Shown here: positions 18,607-27,194 of the stretch, piece by piece
How the letters are laid out: the number at the start of each line of letters is the position of its first letter
How positions within the stretch are numbered: the stretch's first letter is position 1
Assembly (NCBI GenBank): GCA_031425695.1
Contig: JANPJV010000076.1
Span: 3,261-67,260, forward strand
DNA: 64,000 nucleotides
Reading direction: 5' to 3'
Source of the DNA: Rhodanobacteraceae bacterium
GTDB taxonomy: Bacteria > Pseudomonadota > Gammaproteobacteria > Xanthomonadales > SZUA-5
Translations under genes and position numbers: made by a program
The notes under the pieces: generated by a model
What the model saw: the letters and a program-made list of their open reading frames with translations, nothing else
Told to the model about the DNA's origin: nothing
Database searches by the model: none

Positions 18607-18795
18607 ATGTTATCGGGAATCATCACTGCGGTTTTGCTGGTGCTGTTCGTCGGCGGCTGGGCGTGGTTGTGGCGGCCGGCGCTGAGGGAGCCGTTGGAGG
18701 CGGCGGGGCGGTTGGCTTTGGAGAGTGAGCAAGCAAGAGCGTCCGGACAAGGTCCGGACCCACGTGAGCAGAGCGAGCAGGAGCCGCGCCGATGA
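18607..18795 (+). CDS. ccoQ: cbb3 oxidase small subunit CcoQ-like, with a REP-derived C-terminal tail
   Basis: MLSGIITAVLLVLFVGGWAWLW forms a single TM helix between ccoO and ccoP. The tail ...ASGQGPDPRE is encoded by a family B REP at 18737-18766. The ORF ends in an ATGA overlap with ccoP. Confidence 0.6.
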   Translation: MLSGIITAVLLVLFVGGWAWLWRPALREPLEAAGRLALESEQARASGQGPDPREQSEQEPRR

Positions 18796-19703
18796 GTGCC
18801 TTCTGGATCGGCTTCATCGCCCTGCTGATCCTGGCCAACATCGCGGGTGCGGTTTGGCTGCTGCTGTGGACCGCGAAGCGGCGTCCGGGTGATCCAAAGC
18901 CCGACGACACCAGTCATTACTGGGACGGCGATATCACCGAATTCAACAAGCCGATGCCACGCTGGTGGATCAATGCCTTCTATCTGACCATCGTTTTCGG
19001 CATCGGCTACTTTGCCTGGTACGGTGGCCTGGGAACTTATCGTGGCTGGGGTGGCTGGAGCTCGCAGGCCGAGCATGCGCAGGAAAAGGCGCATTGGGAC
19101 CAAGCACTTGCACAGTCGCTGCAGGTCTATGAGGGCCAGCCAATCGACCGCCTCGCGCTCGATCCACAGGCGCTGGAACTCGGTCGCTCGATCTTCAGCA
19201 ACACCTGCGCCGCCTGCCACGGTTCGTCCGGACAGGGCGCCATTGGCTATCCCAACCTCGCCGACAGTGTCTGGCATTGGGGTGGTACGCCGGAAGCCAT
19301 CACCGCCAGCGTGCTCGACGGAAGGCAGGCGGCGATGCCGGCGTTGGGGGGCGCCGTTGGCGGGCCACAGGGCGTGCGCGAGCTGGCCGTCTACGTGCAA
19401 TCACTGTCGGGCGAATACGCCGATCCGGAACTGGCGGCGGCGGGTTCAGTGCGCTTTGCCGGGATCTGTGCGGCTTGCCACGGCGCGGATGCGAAGGGCA
19501 ATGTGGCTTTCGGCGCGCCTGATCTCACCGATCGCTACACCCTCTACGGGCGCGACGCACAGAGCATCCGCGACACCATCAACAACGGACGCAGCGGGCA
19601 GATGCCGGCGCATGCCGCGCTTCTCGGCGACACCCGAGCGCGCCTTGCGGCGGCCTACGTGTGGTCGCTCTCGCATCCGCCGATGCAGGTTGCCCAACCG
19701 TGA
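18792..19703 (+). CDS. ccoP: cbb3-type cytochrome c oxidase subunit III (diheme)
   Basis: Has two heme motifs, CAACHGSSGQG and CAACHGADAKG, plus an N-terminal TM helix. Confidence 0.92.
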   Translation: MSAFWIGFIALLILANIAGAVWLLLWTAKRRPGDPKPDDTSHYWDGDITEFNKPMPRWWINAFYLTIVFGIGYFAWYGGLGTYRGWGGWSSQAEHAQEKAHWDQALAQSLQVYEGQPIDRLALDPQALELGRSIFSNTCAACHGSSGQGAIGYPNLADSVWHWGGTPEAITASVLDGRQAAMPALGGAVGGPQGVRELAVYVQSLSGEYADPELAAAGSVRFAGICAACHGADAKGNVAFGAPDLTDRYTLYGRDAQSIRDTINNGRSGQMPAHAALLGDTRARLAAAYVWSLSHPPMQVAQP

Positions 19704-20002
19704 TCGAGGATGGCGCCATCGACCACCCGCCGCGGCCGCTGGCGCAGCGGCTCGGGGCGATCCTGTGGCCGTCGTTCTTCGCCGCCGGCGTCGCCACCAT
19801 GGTGTTCTTTGCGCTGGTCGATCCGCTCGAACTGCGCGACATCACCCTGCCTGCGGTCGAGATCACCCGCAGCATGGGCTATAGCATCGGCTTCTTCCTG
19901 TTCTGGGCGGCGACCGCATCCTCGAGCTTGTTCACCTGGTTGCTGTTGCGACCGCCGAGTCGTTTCACCCATCCGCTCGCCGACGAACATCGCGGTGGGT
20001 AG
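19700..20002 (+). CDS. small two-TM membrane protein, function unknown
   Basis: GTG 19700 overlaps the ccoP stop (GTGA). The sequence reads ILWPSFFAAGVATMVFFAL...IGFFLFWAATASSSLF. It lies between ccoP and ccoG. Confidence 0.4.
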   Translation: MIEDGAIDHPPRPLAQRLGAILWPSFFAAGVATMVFFALVDPLELRDITLPAVEITRSMGYSIGFFLFWAATASSSLFTWLLLRPPSRFTHPLADEHRGG

Positions 20003-21623
20003 ACCCATTGCATCGCGGCTGCTCGAAGACGCCGGCTCCAACTATGTTTCCGAGCGCAAGATCTATCCCCGCGATGTCAGGGGTCGTTTCGACCGGCTGC
20101 GCACCTTGGCGGTGTTCTGGCTGCTCGGCATGTACTACAGCTTCGCCTGGTTGCGCTGGGATGGTCGCCAGGCCGTGCTGTTCGACTTGCCCGCACGCAA
20201 GTTCCACATATTCGCGCTCACGTTCTGGCCGCAGGACTTCGTGTTCCTCGCCCTGCTGCTGATCATCCTGGCACTGGCGCTGTTCTTCTTCACCGCGCTG
20301 GCCGGCCGTCTCTGGTGTGGTTATGCGTGTCCGCAGACAGTCTGGACCGAGGTCTTCCTCAAGATCGAACACTGGATCGAGGGCGATCGAGGCGCGCGCA
20401 TGAAGCTTGACGCCCGCCCCTGGAACCGCGACAAGCTGCTGCGCAAGTCTGCCAAGCACATCGTGTGGATGTTGCTGGCGCTGTGGACGGGATTCACTTT
20501 CGTCGGCTACTTCACGCCAATTGCCGATCTCGGCGCGCGCCTGCCGTCCCTGCAGTGGAACGGCTGGGAGACGTTCTGGGTGCTCTTCTACGGCTTTGCC
20601 ACCTGGGGCAATGCGGGTTTCCTGCGCGAGCAGGTGTGCAAGTACATGTGCCCCTATGCGCGCTTCCAGAGCGCGATGTTCGACCGCGACACGTTGATCA
20701 TTGCCTACGATCCGCTGCGCGGCGAACCGCGCGGTTCCCGCAAGCGCGGCCTGCCCAGCGTGCTCGAGCGTGCCCGCGGGCTCATCGATCGGGCACTTGC
20801 CTATGGGTTCGTGTTTCGGGCGGGGCGGCATGTAGCGGCGGCGGATGCGCAGGCGGAGGCCAATGCCAGAAGCATCGCGGCCATGGCCGCTCCCACCCAA
20901 GGCAAAGGCATCGCGGCCATGGCCGCTCCCACCCAAGGCACGAGCATCGCGGCCATGGCCGCTCCCACGGCGCTGATGAGCGACCCGCTGCCGCGTTTCC
21001 TGGGCGAGGAGCTCGGCGACTGCATCGATTGCACCTTGTGCGTCCAGGTGTGCCCGACCGGCATCGATATCCGCAACGGGCTGCAGTACGAATGCATTGC
21101 CTGCGGCCTGTGCGTGGATGCATGCGATTCGGTCATGGACAAGATGCAGTACCCGCACGGCCTGATTCGCTATTCGACGCAGAATGCGATCGACAACCAG
21201 CCGAGCCGCGTCCTGCGCCCACGCATTTTCGTCTACGGGCTGCTGTTGCTGGCGATGACCGCGGGCTGGGCGATTGGCATCAGCACCCGCGATCCTTTGA
21301 TTGCCGAAGTACTGCGCGACCGCAATGCGCTCTATCGCGAAACCAGCGCGGGCATCGCCAACGGCTATACGCTCAAGCTGGTCAACAAGCGCCGCGAGGC
21401 GCGCACGCTGGTGGTGCGCCTGGCCGACAATGCCGCGGGCATCATTCTGGCCGAGGGGCAACTGACCCTGCAGCTGGAACCCGAACAGGTAATGGCGGCG
21501 CCGGTCGAGCTGGTCAGTCGCAACGCAGCCAGTGGACGGCAACCGGTGGTCTTCCTGATCGAAGACACGGATGGGACCTTGCGGGCGCGCATCGACAGCA
21601 GCTTTTTCGGGCCAGTCCGATGA
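19995..21623 (+). CDS. ccoG: cbb3 oxidase accessory ferredoxin CcoG/FixG
   Basis: Contains RLWCGYACPQTVW, CKYMCPYARFQS, and the 2x[4Fe-4S] region CIDCTLCVQVCPTGIDIRNGLQYECIACGLCVDAC. The start is inferred at GTG 19995. A 3x36 bp insertion is present. Confidence 0.85.
   Translation: MGRPIASRLLEDAGSNYVSERKIYPRDVRGRFDRLRTLAVFWLLGMYYSFAWLRWDGRQAVLFDLPARKFHIFALTFWPQDFVFLALLLIILALALFFFTALAGRLWCGYACPQTVWTEVFLKIEHWIEGDRGARMKLDARPWNRDKLLRKSAKHIVWMLLALWTGFTFVGYFTPIADLGARLPSLQWNGWETFWVLFYGFATWGNAGFLREQVCKYMCPYARFQSAMFDRDTLIIAYDPLRGEPRGSRKRGLPSVLERARGLIDRALAYGFVFRAGRHVAAADAQAEANARSIAAMAAPTQGKGIAAMAAPTQGTSIAAMAAPTALMSDPLPRFLGEELGDCIDCTLCVQVCPTGIDIRNGLQYECIACGLCVDACDSVMDKMQYPHGLIRYSTQNAIDNQPSRVLRPRIFVYGLLLLAMTAGWAIGISTRDPLIAEVLRDRNALYRETSAGIANGYTLKLVNKRREARTLVVRLADNAAGIILAEGQLTLQLEPEQVMAAPVELVSRNAASGRQPVVFLIEDTDGTLRARIDSSFFGPVR
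20874..20968. repeat. in-frame 36 bp tandem repeat (2.6 units), each unit carrying the 14 bp perfect palindrome gcggccatggccgc
   Basis: Units start at 20874, 20910 and 20946. The array translates to IAAMAAPTQGKG IAAMAAPTQGTS IAAMAAPT inside ccoG. Confidence 0.9.
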
Positions 21624-22288
21624 GCAAGCCGGTTGCTGAGCGCGCCTGGTCGCAGCCGATTCTTTGGCTGGTGCTGGCGCTGCCGGCGGCGATGGTCGTG
21701 GCCGGCGTGTTCATGGTGCGCAGCGCGATCGGCATGGGCAGTACCGATGCCACCACCGATCGTGTTCTCAAGACTGCACAGGTGCAGACCACGGACCTGA
21801 CGGCCGACCTCAACGCACGCGACGCCGGCCTCATGGCGCAGCTGCAACTGGTGGACGGCTTCATTGAAGTGGTCCCGACCGCCGGCGTGTTTGCACGCGC
21901 GCAGCCACTCACCCTGCTGCTGCGCCATCCGATCGATACGAGGGCCGATCGCGTGTTGCAAATGCAGCCCGACGCGCGTCGTTGGCGGGTCGCGTACACC
22001 GCCGATAGCAAGCACGACTGGCTGCTCGAGCTGCGCCCCGCCGACGGTCGCTGGCGTCTGCAGGGGCGTTGGGTGCGGGGAAATTCAGGGGCGCGATTGC
22101 AGTCATCGCTACGCGTGGGCAGTGTTGCTCTCGTAGGTCATGTTGCCCGAGAACGCGGCAGGAGGGCGGTGCCTTTGGTAGGTCATGTTGCCCGCGCCAG
22201 CGGGCTACTTGACATGTCACCGACGGTGAAAGGCCGTCAAGTAGCCCGCGTTCGCGGGCAACATGACCTACGAGAGCACTCGCGATGA
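21620..22288 (+). CDS. ccoH: FixH/CcoH-like cbb3 assembly protein with a REP-encoded C-terminal extension
   Basis: ATGA overlap with ccoG. It has an N-terminal TM helix (ILWLVLALPAAMVVAGVF) and a FixH-like body ending ...WRLQGRW. The frame then stays open through the REPs to 22288, where it overlaps the ccoI ATG. Confidence 0.7.
   Translation: MSKPVAERAWSQPILWLVLALPAAMVVAGVFMVRSAIGMGSTDATTDRVLKTAQVQTTDLTADLNARDAGLMAQLQLVDGFIEVVPTAGVFARAQPLTLLLRHPIDTRADRVLQMQPDARRWRVAYTADSKHDWLLELRPADGRWRLQGRWVRGNSGARLQSSLRVGSVALVGHVARERGRRAVPLVGHVARASGLLDMSPTVKGRQVARVRGQHDLREHSR
22130..22273. repeat. cluster of three REP family A units inside the 3' end of the ccoH ORF
   Basis: The gtaggtcatgttgccc motif occurs twice in forward orientation, and gtcaagtagcccgcgttcgcgggcaacatgacctacgag occurs once inverted. 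Confidence 0.8.
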
Positions 22289-24762
22289 GCGCGCTCCAAC
22301 CCTGCCGCCACTGCGGCGAACCGCTGCCAGCAGCCGCCACCACCGAGCTCTTCTGCTGTGCCGGTTGCGCTGCCGCCGCGCAATGGATCGAAGCCGCCGA
22401 GCTCGCCGACTATTACCGTCTGCGCACGCAGGCAGCCGGAAAGGTCGACGCCAGCGACCCCGACTTCAGGGTCTGGGACCGCATTGATCTGCAGTCCGAG
22501 CACGCGCTCGAGGTCGCGGGCGGGCGCGAGATTACGGTGCTCACCGACGGCATGCGCTGCGCCGCCTGCGCATGGCTGATCGATCGCGCGCTCAGCCGCG
22601 AACCGGGCGTGGTCGAGTGCTCCGCCAATGCCGTGACCGGACGTATCCGGCTGGTCTGGGATCCAGTGCGCGGGCGCTTGTCGGATGCGCTCGCGCGCCT
22701 CGCCAGTCTCGGCTACCGGCCTTTCCTCGCTGGCGGCGCAGCGCGTGAGCAGGAGCAACGGCGCCAGCGCAACCGGGAACTGGCGCGCATCGGCGTGGCT
22801 GCACTCGGAGCCATGCAGGCGATGATGCTGGCCGAGGTCCTCTATCTCGACATCGATGCCACCATGGACCTGGCGACGCGAGATTTTTTCCGCTGGATCA
22901 CCTTGCTGGTGTCGACACCGGTGGTCTTCTATGCCGGCTGGCCCTTCATCCTCGGTGCCTGGCGCGAGCTGCGTCACGGGCTGCCGGGCATGGACACGCT
23001 GGTCGCGTTCTCCAGTCTGCTGGCCTTGTTCGCGAGCGCCTGGGAGACCGTGCAAGGCGGCCCGCAGGTCTGGTACGACGCTGCCGTCATGTTCGTCTTC
23101 CTGCTGCTTGCCGCACGCATGCTCGAAGCGCGCACACGCTTGGCCGCCAACGCCCAGGTCGATGCGCTGGCGCGGGCGCGGCCGGCGTTCGCCACGCGCA
23201 TCACTGCGGATGGCGCAGCCGAATTGGTGCCACTGGCAGCGCTGGATGTTGGTGATCTGGTGCGGGTTGCTGCGGGCGAAGTGCTGCCCGCCGATGGACT
23301 ATTGCAGGAGCCCGCAGCGAACTTCGAGGAAGCCTTGCTGACTGGCGAATCACTGCCGGTCGCGCACAGCGACGGCGACCTCGTGTATGCCGGGAGCTTG
23401 TGCCGAGACCGCCCGGTGCGGCTGCTCGTCAGCGCGGTCGGCACGCACACGCGGCTGTCGCAACTGGTGCGCCTGGTGGAGCAAGCGCAGGCGCAGCGCC
23501 CAGCGCTGGCGCGGGTCGCCGACCGCATCGCTGCGGTGGTCATCATCGTGTTGCTGCTGTCGTCCGCGCTGGTCTACTTTGCCTGGCGCGCGCATGCGCC
23601 GGAGCTCGCCTTCCAGACCACGCTGGCGATGCTGGTGATCAGCTGCCCCTGCGCGCTCTCGTTGGCGGTGCCGGCGGCCTTTGCTGCCGCGCACGGGGCG
23701 CTCGCGCGCATCGGCGTGCTGGCCGTCCGCCCGGATGCACTGACACGCCTCGCGCGCGTCACCGATATCGTGTTCGACAAGACCGGCACGCTCACGGATG
23801 CGCAGGCGCGGCTCGACCGCTGCGAGATCTTCGGCGACCTGTGGGTTCGGACCTTGTCCGAACGCTTTTCTACCAACCTTTCCGTCGATCAAGCCCTGCG
23901 CATTGCGACTGCGCTGGAACAGGGCGAAACCCATCCGCTGGCAACGGTGTTTCAGGCGCACGAACCTGAGTGCCGGGACTCGGGACTCGGGACTCGGGAC
24001 TCGCGAGCGACATCTGCGACGCAACGCGCGATCGAGCGAAAACTGGTCCCGGGCCAGGGTGTCGAAGGCATCGTCGACGGGCGACACTGGCGCCTCGGCC
24101 AGGCCGGCTATGCCGCTGGCCGCAGCGACGACGGCGCACTCTGGCTCGGCGATGGCGTGCAGGCATACGCACGCTTCTGCATCGGCGAACAGCCGCGAAC
24201 AGACGCCGCATCGGCGATCAATCGCCTGCGCACGCTGGGACTGCGAATCCATCTCGCCAGTGGCGATGCCAACGCGCGCGTCCAATCGCTCGCACGCACA
24301 CTTGGCATCGACGCCGCACGTTCGCGTCAATCGCCGCAGGACAAGCTGCGCTTCGTCCGCGGCCTGCAGGCGCAAGGCGCAATCGTCGGCATGATCGGCG
24401 ATGGTCTCAACGACGCACCGGTGCTTGCCGGCGCCGATGTCTCGATGAGCTTCGGCGCCGGCGCGGCGCTGGCACAGCGATCGAGCGACCTGGTGCTCAC
24501 CGGCAGCCTGCTCGGGCGCATTCCCGAAGCGATCATGATCGCGCGACGCACGCGCCGGATCGTTCGCCAGAACTTTGCGTGGGCGCTCGGCTACAACCTG
24601 CTGGCCTTGCCGCTGGCGGCGACTGGACAGGTCGAACCGTGGCTCGCCGCGCTCGGCATGGCGCTGTCCTCGCTGCTGGTCACTCTGAATTCGCTCCGAC
24701 TCGCGCGCGCACCGCGCGTGGCTCCACCCAGCGTGCATCCCGCGATGGCGGTGGCCACATGA
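22285..24762 (+). CDS. ccoI: copper-translocating P1B-type ATPase CcoI/FixI
   Basis: Contains N-terminal CRHCGEPLP and CAGCAAAAQ, plus CPCALSLAVP, DKTGTLT and GDGLNDAP. It carries a family B REP at 23841-23867 and a heptamer repeat at 23975-24002, both in frame. Confidence 0.9.
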   Translation: MSALQPCRHCGEPLPAAATTELFCCAGCAAAAQWIEAAELADYYRLRTQAAGKVDASDPDFRVWDRIDLQSEHALEVAGGREITVLTDGMRCAACAWLIDRALSREPGVVECSANAVTGRIRLVWDPVRGRLSDALARLASLGYRPFLAGGAAREQEQRRQRNRELARIGVAALGAMQAMMLAEVLYLDIDATMDLATRDFFRWITLLVSTPVVFYAGWPFILGAWRELRHGLPGMDTLVAFSSLLALFASAWETVQGGPQVWYDAAVMFVFLLLAARMLEARTRLAANAQVDALARARPAFATRITADGAAELVPLAALDVGDLVRVAAGEVLPADGLLQEPAANFEEALLTGESLPVAHSDGDLVYAGSLCRDRPVRLLVSAVGTHTRLSQLVRLVEQAQAQRPALARVADRIAAVVIIVLLLSSALVYFAWRAHAPELAFQTTLAMLVISCPCALSLAVPAAFAAAHGALARIGVLAVRPDALTRLARVTDIVFDKTGTLTDAQARLDRCEIFGDLWVRTLSERFSTNLSVDQALRIATALEQGETHPLATVFQAHEPECRDSGLGTRDSRATSATQRAIERKLVPGQGVEGIVDGRHWRLGQAGYAAGRSDDGALWLGDGVQAYARFCIGEQPRTDAASAINRLRTLGLRIHLASGDANARVQSLARTLGIDAARSRQSPQDKLRFVRGLQAQGAIVGMIGDGLNDAPVLAGADVSMSFGAGAALAQRSSDLVLTGSLLGRIPEAIMIARRTRRIVRQNFAWALGYNLLALPLAATGQVEPWLAALGMALSSLLVTLNSLRLARAPRVAPPSVHPAMAVAT
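23975..24002. repeat. heptanucleotide tandem repeat (gggactc) x4 inside ccoI
   Basis: The sequence reads cc gggactc gggactc gggactc gggactc gcg and translates to RDSGLGTRDS. Confidence 0.9.
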
Positions 24763-25094
24763 ATATCCTGCTGCTGCTGATTCCGGTCAGCCTGTTGCTT
24801 CTGCTCGCCGCCATGCTGGCCTTCGTCTGGGCGCTGCGTGCGGGGCAATTCGAGGACATGGATACGCCGGCGTTGGATGTGCTGGTGGAGCCTGTCTTGC
24901 TCCCCTCTCCCCTGCTTCTGGGGAGAGGGGCCGGGGGAGAGGGCGCTTTCTCCTCCCAAAGCGCCCTCTCCGGCCCGCCAGCGCAGCTGCCGGGCGTTCG
25001 AGCTCGCGCGCCGCATGCGGCGCAAGCGTGCCAGCTCTCACCCCCCGACCCCTCTCCCGCTTCGCGGGAGAGGGTAGCAAAACATGCCCCTTGA
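24759..25094 (+). CDS. ccoS: CcoS/FixS cbb3 maturation protein with a REP-encoded tail
   Basis: ATGA overlap with ccoI. MNILLLLIPVSLLLLLAAMLAFVWALRAGQFEDMDTPA is a typical CcoS. The frame then continues through two CCCTCTCCC/GGGAGAGGG REPs (24900-24945 and 25035-25076) to 25094. Confidence 0.65.
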   Translation: MNILLLLIPVSLLLLLAAMLAFVWALRAGQFEDMDTPALDVLVEPVLLPSPLLLGRGAGGEGAFSSQSALSGPPAQLPGVRARAPHAAQACQLSPPDPSPASRERVAKHAP

Positions 25095-25809
25095 CCTCCT
25101 CACCCTCACCGCCGCGCTGCTGAGCGGGTTGCTCGGCAGTGCTCACTGTGCGGCGATGTGCGGTGGCATCGCCACCAGTTTCGCCACGGTGCGCGCGCAC
25201 GGCGGCTGGTGGGTGGCGGCGCAGCCCAATCTGGGCCGCATCCTTGGCTATGGGCTGGCGGGATCGATTGCCGGCGCCTTCGGAAGTGGCATCGTCGCGG
25301 TCGCGCAAGACCCTTGGATCAGCATCGGCGCGCGCGTGCTGGTTGGGCTGGTGATGGTGGTGACGGCGTTGCGGTTGCTCGATCGCCGCGGTCGCCTGGC
25401 GCCGCTGGCCAGGCCAGGCGCACGCCTGTGGCAGTGGCTGCGACCGCTGCAGCGCGCGCTGTTGCCGGCCAACACGGCACCACGACGGCTGGCCCTCGGG
25501 ATGCTCTGGGGCTGGATGCCGTGCGGGCTCAGCACCAGCCTGCTCACCGTGGCCTGGCTGCAGGCAGACGCGGCCAACGGCGCGTTCACCATGCTCGCCT
25601 TCGGCCTCGGCGGCCTGCCGGTGATGCTGCCGCTGACCTTTGCCGGCGCGCGCGTCGGACAGTTCCTGCATCGCGGCGCGTGGATACAATCGTTCGGCGC
25701 GCTCATTCTCGCGGCCGGCCTGCTGACCATCGCCGCACCCTGGCTGATGCATTACCCTGGTCTGCATTCGGCCCTCGTGGCACTGGGATGCGCGCATGGA
25801 CCGGCGTGA
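25084..25809 (+). CDS. TauE/SafE- or DsbD_2-like membrane protein commonly linked to ccoGHIS
   Basis: The N-terminus carries GSAHCAAMCGGIA, followed by about 6 TM helices. Confidence 0.6.
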   Translation: MPLDLLTLTAALLSGLLGSAHCAAMCGGIATSFATVRAHGGWWVAAQPNLGRILGYGLAGSIAGAFGSGIVAVAQDPWISIGARVLVGLVMVVTALRLLDRRGRLAPLARPGARLWQWLRPLQRALLPANTAPRRLALGMLWGWMPCGLSTSLLTVAWLQADAANGAFTMLAFGLGGLPVMLPLTFAGARVGQFLHRGAWIQSFGALILAAGLLTIAAPWLMHYPGLHSALVALGCAHGPA

Positions 25810-27146
25810 TCCTGGGCTCGACTTGACGCGGACTCTTGCGGCCTCAGAATGCGGTCCGATGGCTCCCAAAGTCGCCCCTCTGCGTTCGACTGCGCTGCTC
25901 GAAGCCATCATCGAGTCGGCACCGGTCGCGCTCATCGTGAGCGATCGCGCAGGGATCATGACCCTGGTCAATCGCGAAGCCGAGATCATGTTCGCCTACA
26001 CGCGCGATGAGCTGATTGGCGCGTCGATCGACCTGCTGCTGCCGGCTGCGCTGCGGCATGGACACCCAGCGCTGCGTGCGAGCTTCCTGGCTCGGCCGAT
26101 CGATCGCAAGATGGGGCAAGGGCGAGCGTTATCCGGGATGCGCAGCAACGGCACGATGGTGCCGATCGAAGTCGGGCTCACTCCGATCATGCTCGATGAT
26201 CAGCTGTACGTGCTCAGCGTCATCGCGGACGTCACCGAGCGCCAGCGCCTGCTCGACGAGGTCACCACCGCCAAGGAAGCGCTGGAGGTGCGTGTCCACG
26301 AGCGCACTCTGGCGCTCGAACATGCCAACGCGGAAATGGAAGTCCTGCTCGCCAACCTGCGCCAGCAGGGTTTGGAGCTGGAACGCCTGAGCCGGCAGGA
26401 TCCGCTCACCCGCCTGTCCAATCGCCGCGATCAAGGGACCCTCTGAACAAGTATCGCGGACCGCGTTGCAGCCCAAATCGCTTGCAGCTAGGCGCAGTCC
26501 GCAGGTCGTAGCTTCGCATCTACGGTGCCAAGGACTGGAACGACGCTGCAGGCGATTTGGACCGCAACCCGGAGGGACGGTGGCTAGAACGTCCTCCAGC
26601 TTCGTCAGCCGCCTTGGCCAGAGCGCCCACTATGCCCTGCGGCGGTTTCCTCGCTGGCGAACGTTCTAGCCATCGTCGCGGCCGCGAGACTTGTCCAGAG
26701 GGTCCCTAGATGAGCGCCTCGCTGCGGAAATCGAGCGCTGCATTCGCAGTGACGGTGTGCTCTCGGTGGCCATGCTCGATCTCGACAACTTCAAGGCCGT
26801 CAACGACCGCTTCGGGCATGCACTCGGCGACGTCGTGCTTACCGAGTCCGCCAAGCTGTTTCGCGATCAATGTCGCGTCATCGACATCGTCGCCCGCTAT
26901 GGCGGTGAGGAATTCGTCCTCGTGTTTCCCGGGACCGATGGACACGCCGCAGCCGCGGTGTGCGAGCGCATCCGCACCCATCTGGCCGTGCTGGACTGGG
27001 AGAAGCTCCACGCCGGACTGGCGGTGGCCGTGAGTGCGGGGATCGCGCAATGGCATCCGGGCATGGACGCCAATACGCTCTTGTCCGAAGCGGACGAGCA
27101 GCTTTACAAGGCTAAATCGGCCGGGCGAAATCAGGTCGTGTTTTAA
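25796..27146 (+). pseudogene. PAS-coiled coil-GGDEF diguanylate cyclase gene split by a 272 bp insertion
   Basis: The 5' ORF (PAS then coiled coil) ends ...DPLTRLSNRR DQGTL-stop inside the insert. The 3' ORF resumes at LDERLAAEIERC... with the GGEEF motif. Removing 274 bp restores NRRDLDERL in frame. Confidence 0.8.
26435..26706. mobile_element. MITE-like non-autonomous element
   Basis: Terminal inverted repeats are gggaccctctgaacaagt and acttgtccagagggtccc (17 of 18 positions match). It has internal nested inverted repeats and no ORF. Flanks are AA / TA, a possible degenerate TA duplication. Confidence 0.7.
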
Positions 27147-27194
27147 CGCGGTGTTGATTGTTTGGTGTGGGTGTTTGTGTACAAAGCGGTCCGT

